Shown here: piece by piece, positions 18,539 through 27,796 of the stretch | How positions within the stretch are numbered: the stretch's first letter is position 1 | Layout of the letters: each line of letters starts with the position of its first letter | Source: Terriglobales bacterium | Lineage (GTDB): Bacteria; Acidobacteriota; Terriglobia; Terriglobales; Acidobacteriaceae | DNA length: 62,404 bases | Reading direction: 5' to 3' | Assembly: GCA_035277605.1 (NCBI GenBank) | Contig: DATEKE010000237.1 | Location: 1 to 62,404, forward strand | Position numbers and translations under genes: made by a program | Notes under the pieces: model-generated | Database searches by the model: none | What the model was told of the DNA's origin: nothing | Seen by the model: the letters and a program-made list of their open reading frames with translations, nothing else

Positions 18539-18739
18539 ATGCCTAAATCAACAAAGAAAAAAGGTTCAGCTTCGCGAGCCTCCGGCGGAGCTGGAAAAGT
18601 CGTTCCTTTAGCCGTCTTGGAAAAGCAGGCTATCCAGGGCGCCTTAAAAGCCACAAATGACGACAAGCTGAAAGCCGCGCGCATGCTTGGCATCGGCAAG
18701 ACAACACTGTATCGCAAACTGAAAGAGTACGGCTGGTAA
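18539..18739 (+). CDS. Stand-alone Fis-type (HTH_8) DNA-binding protein (66 aa)
   Basis: LEKQAIQGALKATNDDKLKAARMLGIGKTTLYRKLKEYG matches the Fis/NtrC C-terminal HTH. Starts 18 nt after the preceding small gene. Confidence 0.75.
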   Translation: MPKSTKKKGSASRASGGAGKVVPLAVLEKQAIQGALKATNDDKLKAARMLGIGKTTLYRKLKEYGW

Positions 18740-18808
18740 TCAAATCCTTGGGGAATGCGCTGCTGCAGGACTCCTGGAGCAGCGCCCATAGGATCGGTGC
18801 ATCCCGCA

Positions 18809-19660
18809 TCAACTTAGGTGAGATTTGGCGAACTCTGCTGTGCCAGGCAGAGGATCTACCCGGCCTTTCATGATGGCCTGCATCTCACTCATCAGTTCTG
18901 CGTGGATTACTCCATTCGTGGCGAGCACGTCGCGACTTGCAGAGACATCGAATCTGCTTCCATCAACATGCGTGAGTTTTCCGCCGGCCTCTTCGACTAG
19001 CAGCACTCCTGCCGATGTGTCCCACGCATTCAGATTGAATTCCCAATACCCGTCGTAACGTCCTGATGCTACGCATGCAAGGTCCAGCGCAGCAGACCCC
19101 GCACGACGCAATCCGTGAGACTTGAGCGTTAGCTGATGATAGAAGTGGATGTTGGGATTGAGATGGCGCTTTTTACTGGGAAAACCGGTTCCGAGCAAAC
19201 TCTCCCCCAGTGTCTTTATCTTCGAAACGCGAATCGCCTGACCATTCAAGTTCGCCCCGCCGCCTCGCTCCGCCGCGAAGAGCTCGTTCCGCGTAGGGTC
19301 GAACACCACGCCGGCGATCACTTCATTGTTGCGAGCCAATCCGAGCGAGACGCAGAATACGGGAAAACCGTGGGCGAAATTCGTTGTTCCGTCGAGCGGG
19401 TCCACGTACCAGAGACACTCGGCTGAGCCCTGAGCACGCGAGCCTTCCTCTCCTACAACTCCATGCTTGGGGAACGCTTCCCGAAGGCTGTCAACAATCA
19501 GCTTCTCAGAAGCCCGATCCGCCTCCGTAACCACGTCGACTGTTCCGACGCCTTTGTACTCTGTCTTAACGCCACGATGGAAGTACTCGAGCAGCAGCGC
19601 ACCGGCGCGGCGCGCGATTTCAGAAGCGGTAGTGATGTAGTCGGGATGTCGACTGGTCAC
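18809..19660 (-). CDS. suhB: Inositol monophosphatase family protein (SuhB-like)
   Basis: Motifs WYVDPLDGTTNFAHG and WDTSAG. GTG start overlaps the upstream gene stop (GTGA). Confidence 0.88.
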   Translation of the reverse strand: MTSRHPDYITTASEIARRAGALLLEYFHRGVKTEYKGVGTVDVVTEADRASEKLIVDSLREAFPKHGVVGEEGSRAQGSAECLWYVDPLDGTTNFAHGFPVFCVSLGLARNNEVIAGVVFDPTRNELFAAERGGGANLNGQAIRVSKIKTLGESLLGTGFPSKKRHLNPNIHFYHQLTLKSHGLRRAGSAALDLACVASGRYDGYWEFNLNAWDTSAGVLLVEEAGGKLTHVDGSRFDVSASRDVLATNGVIHAELMSEMQAIMKGRVDPLPGTAEFAKSHLS

Positions 19661-19938
19661 AGACGCCCTCGGCGTCCATTGTCTTCGGCGATGTAAACAA
19701 TCTCGTGCTTATAGATGAAGAGGTTTGGGGCGTGCTCGCGCGTCAGCCGGATCATGTTCGCGTCGTAGTACTCGATCCAGCCACGGACTGACTCGCCGCC
19801 GGCAAGCTTCACCGTTACAAGAGTCTGCTTCTCACCAAGAGCCTTCAGATACGAGGCCTCCATACCCGTTTCTTCGGGTGGAGCGGCTTTGGACTTTTTC
19901 TGGAGAGCAGGCGTGGCAGCTGTGGCGCGAAAACTCAT
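19657..19938 (-). CDS. hfq: Hfq-like Sm-fold RNA chaperone with an N-terminal extension
   Basis: YLKALGEKQTLVTVKLAGGESVRGWIEYYDANMIRL (Sm1-like) and FIYKHEIVYI (Sm2 YKHAI-like). About 25 aa of basic N-terminal extension. Confidence 0.7.
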   Translation of the reverse strand: MSFRATAATPALQKKSKAAPPEETGMEASYLKALGEKQTLVTVKLAGGESVRGWIEYYDANMIRLTREHAPNLFIYKHEIVYIAEDNGRRGRL

Positions 19939-20012
19939 GCGTGCATTCTAAATCAAGAGCGAATACGAAGGTCATTGCAGGACAAGAGGTCACCCGGATA
20001 TTCGTTCTCAGT

Positions 20013-20930
20013 TTATTCCAGCTTCGAGGTGTAGTATCCCCGACGTGCACGGACGACAAGCTGACCATTAAGGTCCACTTCATGGGGACGCGCCACCACA
20101 TCTATCTGGCGAAAGTCTGATGCGGCGCGACGCTCTACCGGGTAGTACGCGAGCAGGTATTGCGTACGCAATTCATCGCTAATCTGCTCGAAAGCTTTGT
20201 CCAACTCGAAGATGTTCGAAGCATAGTAATACTTTCCACCCGTATCGTGCGATATCTGGATGAGCGCGTGCTCGCCACCGGTGTTTCGGCCGGCACTAGC
20301 TTCGACGGGAACGTCAATCAAGCTGTAGACGAGGGCTTCCGATTGCTGCGCCGCGCGCAGGGCTTCCTTGTAATCGACGGTACTCGCGGTGTCGCCGCCA
20401 TCGGTGATCAACACCAGAACCTTCCTACCTTCCCGCTTCATCAAGGTCTTAGAGGCGAGATAAATGGCATCGTACAGCGAGGTAGCTCCGCCAACTTGGA
20501 CCTGATTGATCGCTGAATCGATTTGGTGGAGCTTCGACGTGAACGACACCATTTCATTTACATCAGTCGCAAACGCGTATAGCGAAATTGCATCCTGCGG
20601 TCTGATAATCGAGTGAATGAATTTTCGTGCCGCTTCTAACTCCAGGCGAATGTCCTTGCGCGTGCTCGAGCTCGTGTCAACGGCTAAAACAATGGAAAGC
20701 GGTAACTGCGATTCCTTGCTGAAGACGGATATCTTTTGCGGCACCCCGTCCTCGGTCAAGCTGAAGTCGCTTTTCGTGAGGTCTCCAATCGGCGCGCCCT
20801 GCTGGTCGGTGACAGTGACATAGACGTTCACCAGCTTCACATCGACTTTAAAGGTTGGCTCAGAACTGTCCTGCGCGAAGATCGGTAGAAGTAAAGAGGC
20901 AATCGCGAACGCAGAGGCAACAGCTCTCAT
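20013..20930 (-). CDS. Secreted VWA-domain protein of the Acidobacteria-abundant 'VWFA-related' type
   Basis: Signal peptide. MIDAS VDTSSS...T...ITDGGD. N-terminal beta domain FKVDVKLVNVYVTV. The family name is from memory (TIGR03436-like). Confidence 0.82.
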   Translation of the reverse strand: MRAVASAFAIASLLLPIFAQDSSEPTFKVDVKLVNVYVTVTDQQGAPIGDLTKSDFSLTEDGVPQKISVFSKESQLPLSIVLAVDTSSSTRKDIRLELEAARKFIHSIIRPQDAISLYAFATDVNEMVSFTSKLHQIDSAINQVQVGGATSLYDAIYLASKTLMKREGRKVLVLITDGGDTASTVDYKEALRAAQQSEALVYSLIDVPVEASAGRNTGGEHALIQISHDTGGKYYYASNIFELDKAFEQISDELRTQYLLAYYPVERRAASDFRQIDVVARPHEVDLNGQLVVRARRGYYTSKLE

Positions 20931-21661
20931 TACAAACGCTCCTTCGGAGCATCTGGAGCAACGCGCAGTTCTTCTGGAAAAGGCTCTCCATCGGCCCAGA
21001 CCACCCCGTCGGTGAAGTGCTCTCTTTTCCAGATGGGAACCGTACGTTTCAGCGTATCGATGGCAAAGCGACAGGCGTCGAATGCCGCCGCCCGATGGGC
21101 AGAGGCAACCACGATCAGAACGCTGGTTTCGCCAATCTCGAGCCGACCCACGCGATGGACGATCACAATCTTGCGAATTTTGTAGTTCGCAAGCACTTTC
21201 TCAGCCAGCGCATTCAACTGGCTGAGAGCCATAGGTTCATAGGCTTCATAGTCGAGGAAAAGCGTCTGCCGGTTACGTGTATGGTTCCGAACAATGCCTT
21301 CGAAAACCACCGCCGCCCCGTCTTGTCCAAGCTTAATTCCTTCGAGAATCTGCTCCGTGGGGATACGCTCCCGGACAATGTCGCACTTGTAGCTTTCGGG
21401 CCTCGCTGCCGTTTCCACACCACCACTGACTGGCGGTAGTAGTGCTACCTCATCACCGTCTTTTAAGCGCTGAGCCGGAGCTGCGTACTCTTGATTCACC
21501 GCCAAGGCAAGGGAATGGAAGATGCCGGCACTTTCGGGAGCAAGTCCACGATAGTGTTCCAACAAGTCGGAAACCGTGGCTCCAGACACCAATTCCAGCG
21601 AGTCGTTACTGCGTTTGAGGATGTCTTTAAGCACTCCGAACAAAAGGACACGCACGCGCAT
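20930..21661 (-). CDS. moaDE: Fused molybdopterin synthase MoaD-MoaE (MoaX-like)
   Basis: N-terminal MoaD (MRVRVLLFGVLK...ALLPPVSGG) joined to MoaE (VVFEGIVRNHT...SAHRAAAFDACRFAIDTLKRTVPIWKRE). Start moved to ATG 21661 because the upstream 36 codons have poor third-position GC. Confidence 0.85.
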   Translation of the reverse strand: MRVRVLLFGVLKDILKRSNDSLELVSGATVSDLLEHYRGLAPESAGIFHSLALAVNQEYAAPAQRLKDGDEVALLPPVSGGVETAARPESYKCDIVRERIPTEQILEGIKLGQDGAAVVFEGIVRNHTRNRQTLFLDYEAYEPMALSQLNALAEKVLANYKIRKIVIVHRVGRLEIGETSVLIVVASAHRAAAFDACRFAIDTLKRTVPIWKREHFTDGVVWADGEPFPEELRVAPDAPKERL

Positions 21662-21938
21662 GGCTTGTTTAAGGATACGTGAGAGTAGTCGAAAAAGACT
21701 TAACGGCGCCTGGACTAGGTTGAACTCACTCGAGGGGTCGGCAGGAGCGCGATTTTCGCCGGATTTCACTGGGAGAAATCTGCCATTCCTTCTCTGGGAA
21801 GCGCCGTTGCCAGGCTAACGCCTTGATAAACGAAAGTAATGTCGTATTTCCTTTCTAGTACTGCCCAATTTGCGATACATTATTTCGGCCCCCGGACAGC
21901 AGTCCCCACTTTCATGACCACGCAGGAGTTCCCTTACC

Positions 21939-24806
21939 ATGGGCGTTAAGCCCAAGCCTGCGCGTGTGACCAACACGCCCGAAAATCGTCTTCCCGCGCG
22001 CGGGAAAGCGCCGAAATCCGTCGGCTTGCGCGAGACGCAACAGGCGCTGCGTGACACGGAAAACCGCTTCCGGGCATTCGTCGAGCAATCGTCGGACATG
22101 TTGTCGCTGCTCGATGAGCGCGGCACCGTCATTCACCAGAGCAAGTCGATCATCCAGCACCTCGGATATCAACCCGAAGAGACCATTGGTGTTTCTTGCT
22201 TTGATTTCGTTCATCCCGAGGACTTGGAGACGGCCATCGCCGGCTTCCGCCAAGGTCTCGAAGACCCATCTGAAGGGGAAGCAATCACCGTAAGGCTGCG
22301 ACATAAGTCCGGTTGCTGGAAGTCGTTTGAGGCCGTCAGCAGCCCTTATGTTTACCAAGGACGCAAAGCCGGACTGCTGGCCAGCTTTCGTTGTGTAAGC
22401 GACCGATTTGAAGCCGAATTGGAACTGCGACGTTCAGAGGAACGATACCGACGGCTGTTCGAGCGCAACCTTGCAGGCGTATTTAGCAGCCGATCGGGTC
22501 GCCTGCTCGACTGCAACGATTCTTTTGCTCACATCTTCGGGTATGAATCGCGCGAGCAGATGATCGCTGCCGGTGACTTCAATCCTTATTACAACCCACA
22601 ACAGCGCGCTGACTACATAGAGAAATTGAAGAAAGAACGCGCCCTTGCCAACGTTGAATTCCGTTTCCGTAAGCGCGATGGCTCGGAAGTATGGGTACTC
22701 GAAAACGTGATGCTCGAGGATGAAGGCGACGAATCCATCCTCGGCACACTGATTGACATTACCGAGCGCAAGCGTTCAGAACGCCTGCAGAGCGCGTTGT
22801 ATTCCATTAGTGATTGCGTCAATTCTGTGGTCGACCTGGAACAGCTTTATCCGGCGTTACACAAAATTGTCGGCGAGTTGATGTACGCAAATAATCTTTA
22901 CATCGCATTGCTCGATAAAAGTGGCGAGCGGCTGCATTTTCCCTACTTCGTCGATGAAGGCGATCCCCCGCCGGTGAGCCGGAGATTAGGAAACGGCCTT
23001 ACCGAGTACGTGCTCCGGAGCGGGAAACCTCTGCTCGCCGACTTCGCGAAAATCCGTCACCTTGAAACTCAGTGTGAAATCGAAGCCATCGGGCGTGATT
23101 GCGTCGACTGGCTAGGAGTTCCTCTGCGGCATGGCAACAAAGTATTCGGCGTAATTGCCCTGCAGAGCTACGATCCGAAGATCCGGCACAGCGACCACGA
23201 CCGCGACATCCTCACTTACGCCTCGCAACACATCTCGGTTGCACTCGTGCGGAAGCAGCAGGAAGAGGCACTGCGCGCCTCCGAGGCTCGGCATCGTTCG
23301 CTCGTCGAGAGCGCAGTCTATGGAATGTATCGCTCCAGCATAGATGGCAAGTTCCTCGACGTGAATCCCGCGCTTGTGAAAATGCTGGGCTATTCCTCTG
23401 CGGAGGAGCTGATGAGTGTCGACATGGCTCGCGACATCTATCTAGATTCCGATCAGAGAGCAGCGGTGATTCACGCCTACCGCGAGTCTGGTTGCCTGGA
23501 AAGCTGCGAGCTGCGCTGGAAACGTAAAGATGGGAGGTCCATCACAGTCCGGCTAAGCGGAAACGTCTTCAAGAATGAACACGGCGAGCCGCTCGGCTTC
23601 GAGATGATCGCAGAAGACGTGAGCGAGCGTCGCGCGCTGGAGGAGCAGCTTCGCCAGTCGCAGAAGATGGAGGCAATTGGACGACTCGCCGGCGGCATTG
23701 CGCACGACTTCAATAACCTGCTTACCGTTATGAAAGGCTACAGCGAGCTGATGCTCGACGAGCTCGACACGGCCGATCCTTTGCGCACCGAAGTGGACGA
23801 AATCAAGAAAGCCGCCGATCGCGCGGCTGCGCTAACCCGGCAACTTCTCGCCTTCAGCCGCCAACAGGTGCTCGCGCCAAAGGTTCTCGATTTGAACTCC
23901 GTAGTCGGGAACATGGATAAGCTCCTTCGCCGTCTGCTCGGCGAGGATATTGACCTGTTTACGGTGCTCGAGCCAGGGCTGGCCCGGGTAAAAGCTGATC
24001 CCGGACAAGTCGAGCAGGTCATCATGAACCTGGCTGTCAATGCGCGTGATGCCATGCCGAATGGCGGCAAGCTCACCATTGAGACCGCGAATGTCGATTT
24101 GGACGAAAACTACATACGCGATCACGCTTCCGTGAAGCCGGGTACCTACGTAATGGTTGCCGTGACCGACACCGGAACGGGAATGACCGACAAAGTGCAG
24201 TCGCGTATCTTTGAGCCGTTCTTCACGACAAAAGAGATCGGCAAGGGCACGGGCCTTGGACTGTCAACTGTGTACGGCATCATCAAGCAGAGCGGCGGCT
24301 ACATCTGGGTTTATTCCGAACTGGGAATCGGTTCGACATTCAAAGTCTACTTGCCCGCACTAGACGCCCCAGCGGAACTTCCTGCTTGCACCACCCTACC
24401 GCCAGCCCGCCGAGGCAGCGAAACCGTTCTGCTGGTTGAAGACGAGGATGGCGTCCGCGCTCTCATGCGGCAGGTTCTGCATAAGCATGGATACAACGTT
24501 CTTGAATCCCGTCATGGCGGCGAAGCATTGCTGATGTGCGAGCGCCATTCCGGGAAAATCGATCTGCTACTTACCGATGTCGTGCTGGAGCAGATGAGCG
24601 GACGCGAACTGGCCGAGCGCTTGATCAAGGTACGTCCGGAGATGAAGGTCTTATACGTCTCCGGCTACGCCGATGACGCCATAGTCCACCATGGGGTCCT
24701 GAATGCCGGGGTCGCGTTCCTGCAAAAGCCATTCACAACCGAGGCGTTGGCTCGGAAGATCAGATACGTTCTGGATGGCGTAGCCCGCGCGGCCTCCCAA
24801 AGCTGA
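21939..24806 (+). CDS. Hybrid sensor histidine kinase (PAS-PAS-GAF-PAS-HisKA-HATPase_c-REC)
   Basis: 955 aa, no TM segment seen. H-box IAHDFNNLLTVM, N-box NLAVNARDAMPNGG, G-box GTGLGLSTVYG. C-terminal receiver VLLVEDEDGVR...LLLTDVVL. Confidence 0.92.
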   Translation: MGVKPKPARVTNTPENRLPARGKAPKSVGLRETQQALRDTENRFRAFVEQSSDMLSLLDERGTVIHQSKSIIQHLGYQPEETIGVSCFDFVHPEDLETAIAGFRQGLEDPSEGEAITVRLRHKSGCWKSFEAVSSPYVYQGRKAGLLASFRCVSDRFEAELELRRSEERYRRLFERNLAGVFSSRSGRLLDCNDSFAHIFGYESREQMIAAGDFNPYYNPQQRADYIEKLKKERALANVEFRFRKRDGSEVWVLENVMLEDEGDESILGTLIDITERKRSERLQSALYSISDCVNSVVDLEQLYPALHKIVGELMYANNLYIALLDKSGERLHFPYFVDEGDPPPVSRRLGNGLTEYVLRSGKPLLADFAKIRHLETQCEIEAIGRDCVDWLGVPLRHGNKVFGVIALQSYDPKIRHSDHDRDILTYASQHISVALVRKQQEEALRASEARHRSLVESAVYGMYRSSIDGKFLDVNPALVKMLGYSSAEELMSVDMARDIYLDSDQRAAVIHAYRESGCLESCELRWKRKDGRSITVRLSGNVFKNEHGEPLGFEMIAEDVSERRALEEQLRQSQKMEAIGRLAGGIAHDFNNLLTVMKGYSELMLDELDTADPLRTEVDEIKKAADRAAALTRQLLAFSRQQVLAPKVLDLNSVVGNMDKLLRRLLGEDIDLFTVLEPGLARVKADPGQVEQVIMNLAVNARDAMPNGGKLTIETANVDLDENYIRDHASVKPGTYVMVAVTDTGTGMTDKVQSRIFEPFFTTKEIGKGTGLGLSTVYGIIKQSGGYIWVYSELGIGSTFKVYLPALDAPAELPACTTLPPARRGSETVLLVEDEDGVRALMRQVLHKHGYNVLESRHGGEALLMCERHSGKIDLLLTDVVLEQMSGRELAERLIKVRPEMKVLYVSGYADDAIVHHGVLNAGVAFLQKPFTTEALARKIRYVLDGVARAASQS

Positions 24807-25042
24807 CTGTTCGCTTTTGCCTTCTTTCATTTCAGATTCGAACACCTGACCTACTTTGTTTCATCTGTAAATTCTTGTAACCTCTTCAATCATTGAGAGA
24901 TATTGCCGGACGTTCCGATGCGACTCGACTCCGAACGATGGAATTGGGCTTGCTCATTGCAGAGAGAGGACCGCTCGCAATATCGAACTTCCGGTTCCTT
25001 CGGATACGTCCATTGTCTTCCCTGCTCAAATCGGAGATTGCA

Positions 25043-26221
25043 GTGACCGATAGCTCTTATCCCTCATCTTTTGGCGCCGGAGTTGGCGTCGCGGCGCGGC
25101 CCAAGCGCGTGCTCGTGGCCGACGATCAGGCCGACGTCTTGCACGCCATTGCTCTTCTCTTAAAACTCGAGGGATTTGAGTCGCAAACGGTCAGTCATCC
25201 TGCGGCCGTGATGGAAGCACTCAACTCCGGCGAGTTCGATTTGCTCATCACCGATTTGAACTACACACTGGATACCACTTCAGGAACCGAGGGTCTCGAT
25301 CTGATATCGAGCATTCGCAAGATCAACGCGAACGTTCCCGTTTTGGTCATTACCGCCTGGGGCACGATCGAACTGGCCGTGGAAGCATTGCAGCGCGGAG
25401 CGTCGGATTTCATCCAGAAGCCCTGGACCAATTCTCAGCTCATTCAAAAATCGCGCGATCTCATTGAGCGTGCCGAGCAGGCTCGCCGCCTGAGCGCCGA
25501 AGCCGAGGAAGAACAACAAGTTTCGGCTGAAATTCAGCGCAAGCTTCTCTCGCTGCGTTTACCGGAGCAGCACGGCATCACCGTGAGCGGCGACTCGCGT
25601 TCAATGCGCTACGTTGGCGGAGATTATTGCCATCTTACGCCGCTTACGTCTTCGAAGTTCTCTGTGTCTATTGCCGATGTCGCAGGTAAGGGAGTTCCGG
25701 GCGCCCTGCTCACAGCCAGCTTGCGCGGACTCGAGAAAAGCATTGTCACACACGATGTTCATCCGCAGCAGCTCTGCAGCTCGCTAAACGAAGCGCTGAG
25801 CGAGATCATGCCAATTGGCAAGTTTGTATCGTTCTTCTTCGGAATCATCGACACGGAAACGCGCACTCTCTGCTACAGCAACGCTGGACACAATCCTCCA
25901 ATTCTCGTGCACGCAGATGGAACCGCTCAGGAGCTTCGCGTTGGAGGAGGCGTTCTCGGCCTGTTTTCCGAATGGACGTACGAGCAGACGCAGCTAAAGC
26001 TTGAAAGAGGCGATCGATTGATCCTTTATACCGACGGCATCACGGAAGTGGAGAGCCGTCACGACGAAGAATTCGGCATGCAACGCGTGAAAGACATCGT
26101 CGTGAGAAATCGCACGGCTTCCGCCGAAGAGATTCAGCGTGCCGTAATGAAGGCCGTAAGCGCTCATTGTGAAGAACGCTTCCACGACGACGCAACGGTC
26201 GTTGTGATTGCGGTACAGTAG
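25043..26221 (+). CDS. Response regulator with a PP2C/SpoIIE phosphatase output (RsbU-like)
   Basis: REC (RVLVADDQADVL...LLITDLNY) followed by a SpoIIE-type domain (GGDYCHL..., ADVAGKGVPGAL, YSNAGHNPP, LYTDGITE). Start moved to GTG 25043 with GGAG 7 nt upstream. Confidence 0.88.
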   Translation: MTDSSYPSSFGAGVGVAARPKRVLVADDQADVLHAIALLLKLEGFESQTVSHPAAVMEALNSGEFDLLITDLNYTLDTTSGTEGLDLISSIRKINANVPVLVITAWGTIELAVEALQRGASDFIQKPWTNSQLIQKSRDLIERAEQARRLSAEAEEEQQVSAEIQRKLLSLRLPEQHGITVSGDSRSMRYVGGDYCHLTPLTSSKFSVSIADVAGKGVPGALLTASLRGLEKSIVTHDVHPQQLCSSLNEALSEIMPIGKFVSFFFGIIDTETRTLCYSNAGHNPPILVHADGTAQELRVGGGVLGLFSEWTYEQTQLKLERGDRLILYTDGITEVESRHDEEFGMQRVKDIVVRNRTASAEEIQRAVMKAVSAHCEERFHDDATVVVIAVQ

Positions 26222-26227
26222 TGCAAA

Positions 26228-27106
26228 TCAGCGTTGATTCCGGTCGTTCTCGGAGGAGCGTGCGGTAGGAGTGCCAATTCCGGCCGCGCTCATTTCTCCA
26301 GGCTCCTTTGCTTGAAGCATTCGCCTCATCGCAAATTCAACAATCGCAGGGAACATTTCATAAAGATGAGCAACGACGCCTGCGTGCCAGGGCACGAATA
26401 CCTCACGTAAACCGTGTAGGTAGCCGCGCAGGATTGCGCGAGCGCAGCGCTCGGCTGAAATCCCTTTTTGGAAGCTCTCGCCTAAGCGCTTGCCTTCAAG
26501 TCCTCTGACAGTATTCGTACCGAAGTGGGTCTGAATACGTCCCGGACAGACGCTTATCACGCGAATACCATCTGGTTCGAGTTCCAGACGAGCCGCTTCG
26601 CTAATCGCATTCAGGGCGTGCTTGGTGGCAGAGTAGGCGCCTAAGTGAGGAACAGGCAAATGTCCCACAAGACTTGAGATGTTGATGATCGCGCCTCTTC
26701 CCCGCTCCTTCATGACTGGAATCACCGCCTGCATGCACTCGATCGCGCCAAAGAGGTTCGTGTCGAAGATCCGTCTGCATTCATCCATGGACATCGATGC
26801 AACCGAATCCAGCAGACCGTAACCCGCATTATTCACCCAAGCATCGATCTTCCCGAATTGGTCGCGTGTTTGAGAAACAAGTGAAAGAATCTGATTGCGA
26901 TCGCGAACGTCGCATGCAATTGTTCTGGTTCTGTCCAGGAATCCCACCTTGATCCGCGCTTGTTCGACTGCCGACGAATTCCGTGAACTCATTACAACGT
27001 GAGCACCTTCGCCGGCGAAAGCACGTGCTAAGGCCTCGCCAATTCCCATGGAGGCGCCGGTAATGACTACGACCTGATCGCGGCAATGCATGGTTGCATT
27101 ATTCAC
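26228..27106 (-). CDS. Short-chain dehydrogenase/reductase (SDR)
   Basis: TGASMGIG cofactor motif and YSATKHA catalytic motif. Start is either GTG 27106 or ATG 27091. Confidence 0.88.
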   Translation of the reverse strand: MNNATMHCRDQVVVITGASMGIGEALARAFAGEGAHVVMSSRNSSAVEQARIKVGFLDRTRTIACDVRDRNQILSLVSQTRDQFGKIDAWVNNAGYGLLDSVASMSMDECRRIFDTNLFGAIECMQAVIPVMKERGRGAIINISSLVGHLPVPHLGAYSATKHALNAISEAARLELEPDGIRVISVCPGRIQTHFGTNTVRGLEGKRLGESFQKGISAERCARAILRGYLHGLREVFVPWHAGVVAHLYEMFPAIVEFAMRRMLQAKEPGEMSAAGIGTPTARSSENDRNQR

Positions 27107-27184
27107 AAGGGCTACATACTAAAAGATCGCTCTTGCCGTACGGTGATGAATCTCGCGCGAACGGCGCTCGTTTAGAATCGGGTA

Positions 27185-27796
27185 GTGAGTGAACTTCTAC
27201 CTCTCTTCCCGCTCGACGTGGTGCTCTTTCCCGGCATGGCTCTGCCGCTGCATATATTCGAACCGCGCTATAAAGAGCTGATCGGCGAATGTCTGGAGCA
27301 TGATGCGCCTTTCGGTGTGGTACGGGCTGTGGAGGATGGGCTTGCCCAGATCGGCTGCTCAGCTGAAGTGGTGACAGTCGTAAAGAAATACGATGATGGA
27401 AGAATGGACATCGTTACCCGGGGCTTGCAACGCTTCGAGATCGTCGAATTGAATCAGGACCGCTCATTTCTCCAGGCCGACGTAACTTTTCTGACACAAG
27501 GCCCTGATGCCGATTCAAGCGAAAAGAAAAAAGCATTCGATCTTCACCACACCCTGCTACTGATGGCAGCCAGCGGACAGACGATCCCCACACTGGATCC
27601 TCCCGACGAATTTCTCTCCTTCTACCTGATCTCACAACTTCCTGTCGATCTCGACTTCAAACAAACGATTCTGGCGATGCCCACGGAGACAAAGCGCCTA
27701 TCTACACTGATCGAATATTACGAGACGATCATTCCCAAATTGCAAAAGATGATGCAGGCGAAAAAGAAGAGCGGATCGAACGGACATGTGATGTAG
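27185..27796 (+). CDS. Stand-alone LON substrate-binding (Lon N-terminal) domain protein
   Basis: LLPLFPLDVVLFPGMALPLHIFEPRYKELI is the characteristic Lon-N start. 203 aa with no ATPase or protease domain. Confidence 0.85.
   Translation: MSELLPLFPLDVVLFPGMALPLHIFEPRYKELIGECLEHDAPFGVVRAVEDGLAQIGCSAEVVTVVKKYDDGRMDIVTRGLQRFEIVELNQDRSFLQADVTFLTQGPDADSSEKKKAFDLHHTLLLMAASGQTIPTLDPPDEFLSFYLISQLPVDLDFKQTILAMPTETKRLSTLIEYYETIIPKLQKMMQAKKKSGSNGHVM

Noticed and set aside
21662-21769. 36-codon N-terminal extension of the moaDE ORF (GTG 21769)
   Set aside because: Third-position GC is only about half, there is no RBS, and MoaD homologues begin at the MRVRVLLFG-type sequence.
21662-21938. Possible Moco riboswitch in the 277-bp region upstream of moaDE
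   Set aside because: I could not recognise the conserved Moco-motif core or a convincing multi-stem fold by eye, only a 6-bp hairpin GATTTC/GAAATC. An Infernal scan with RF01055 would settle it.
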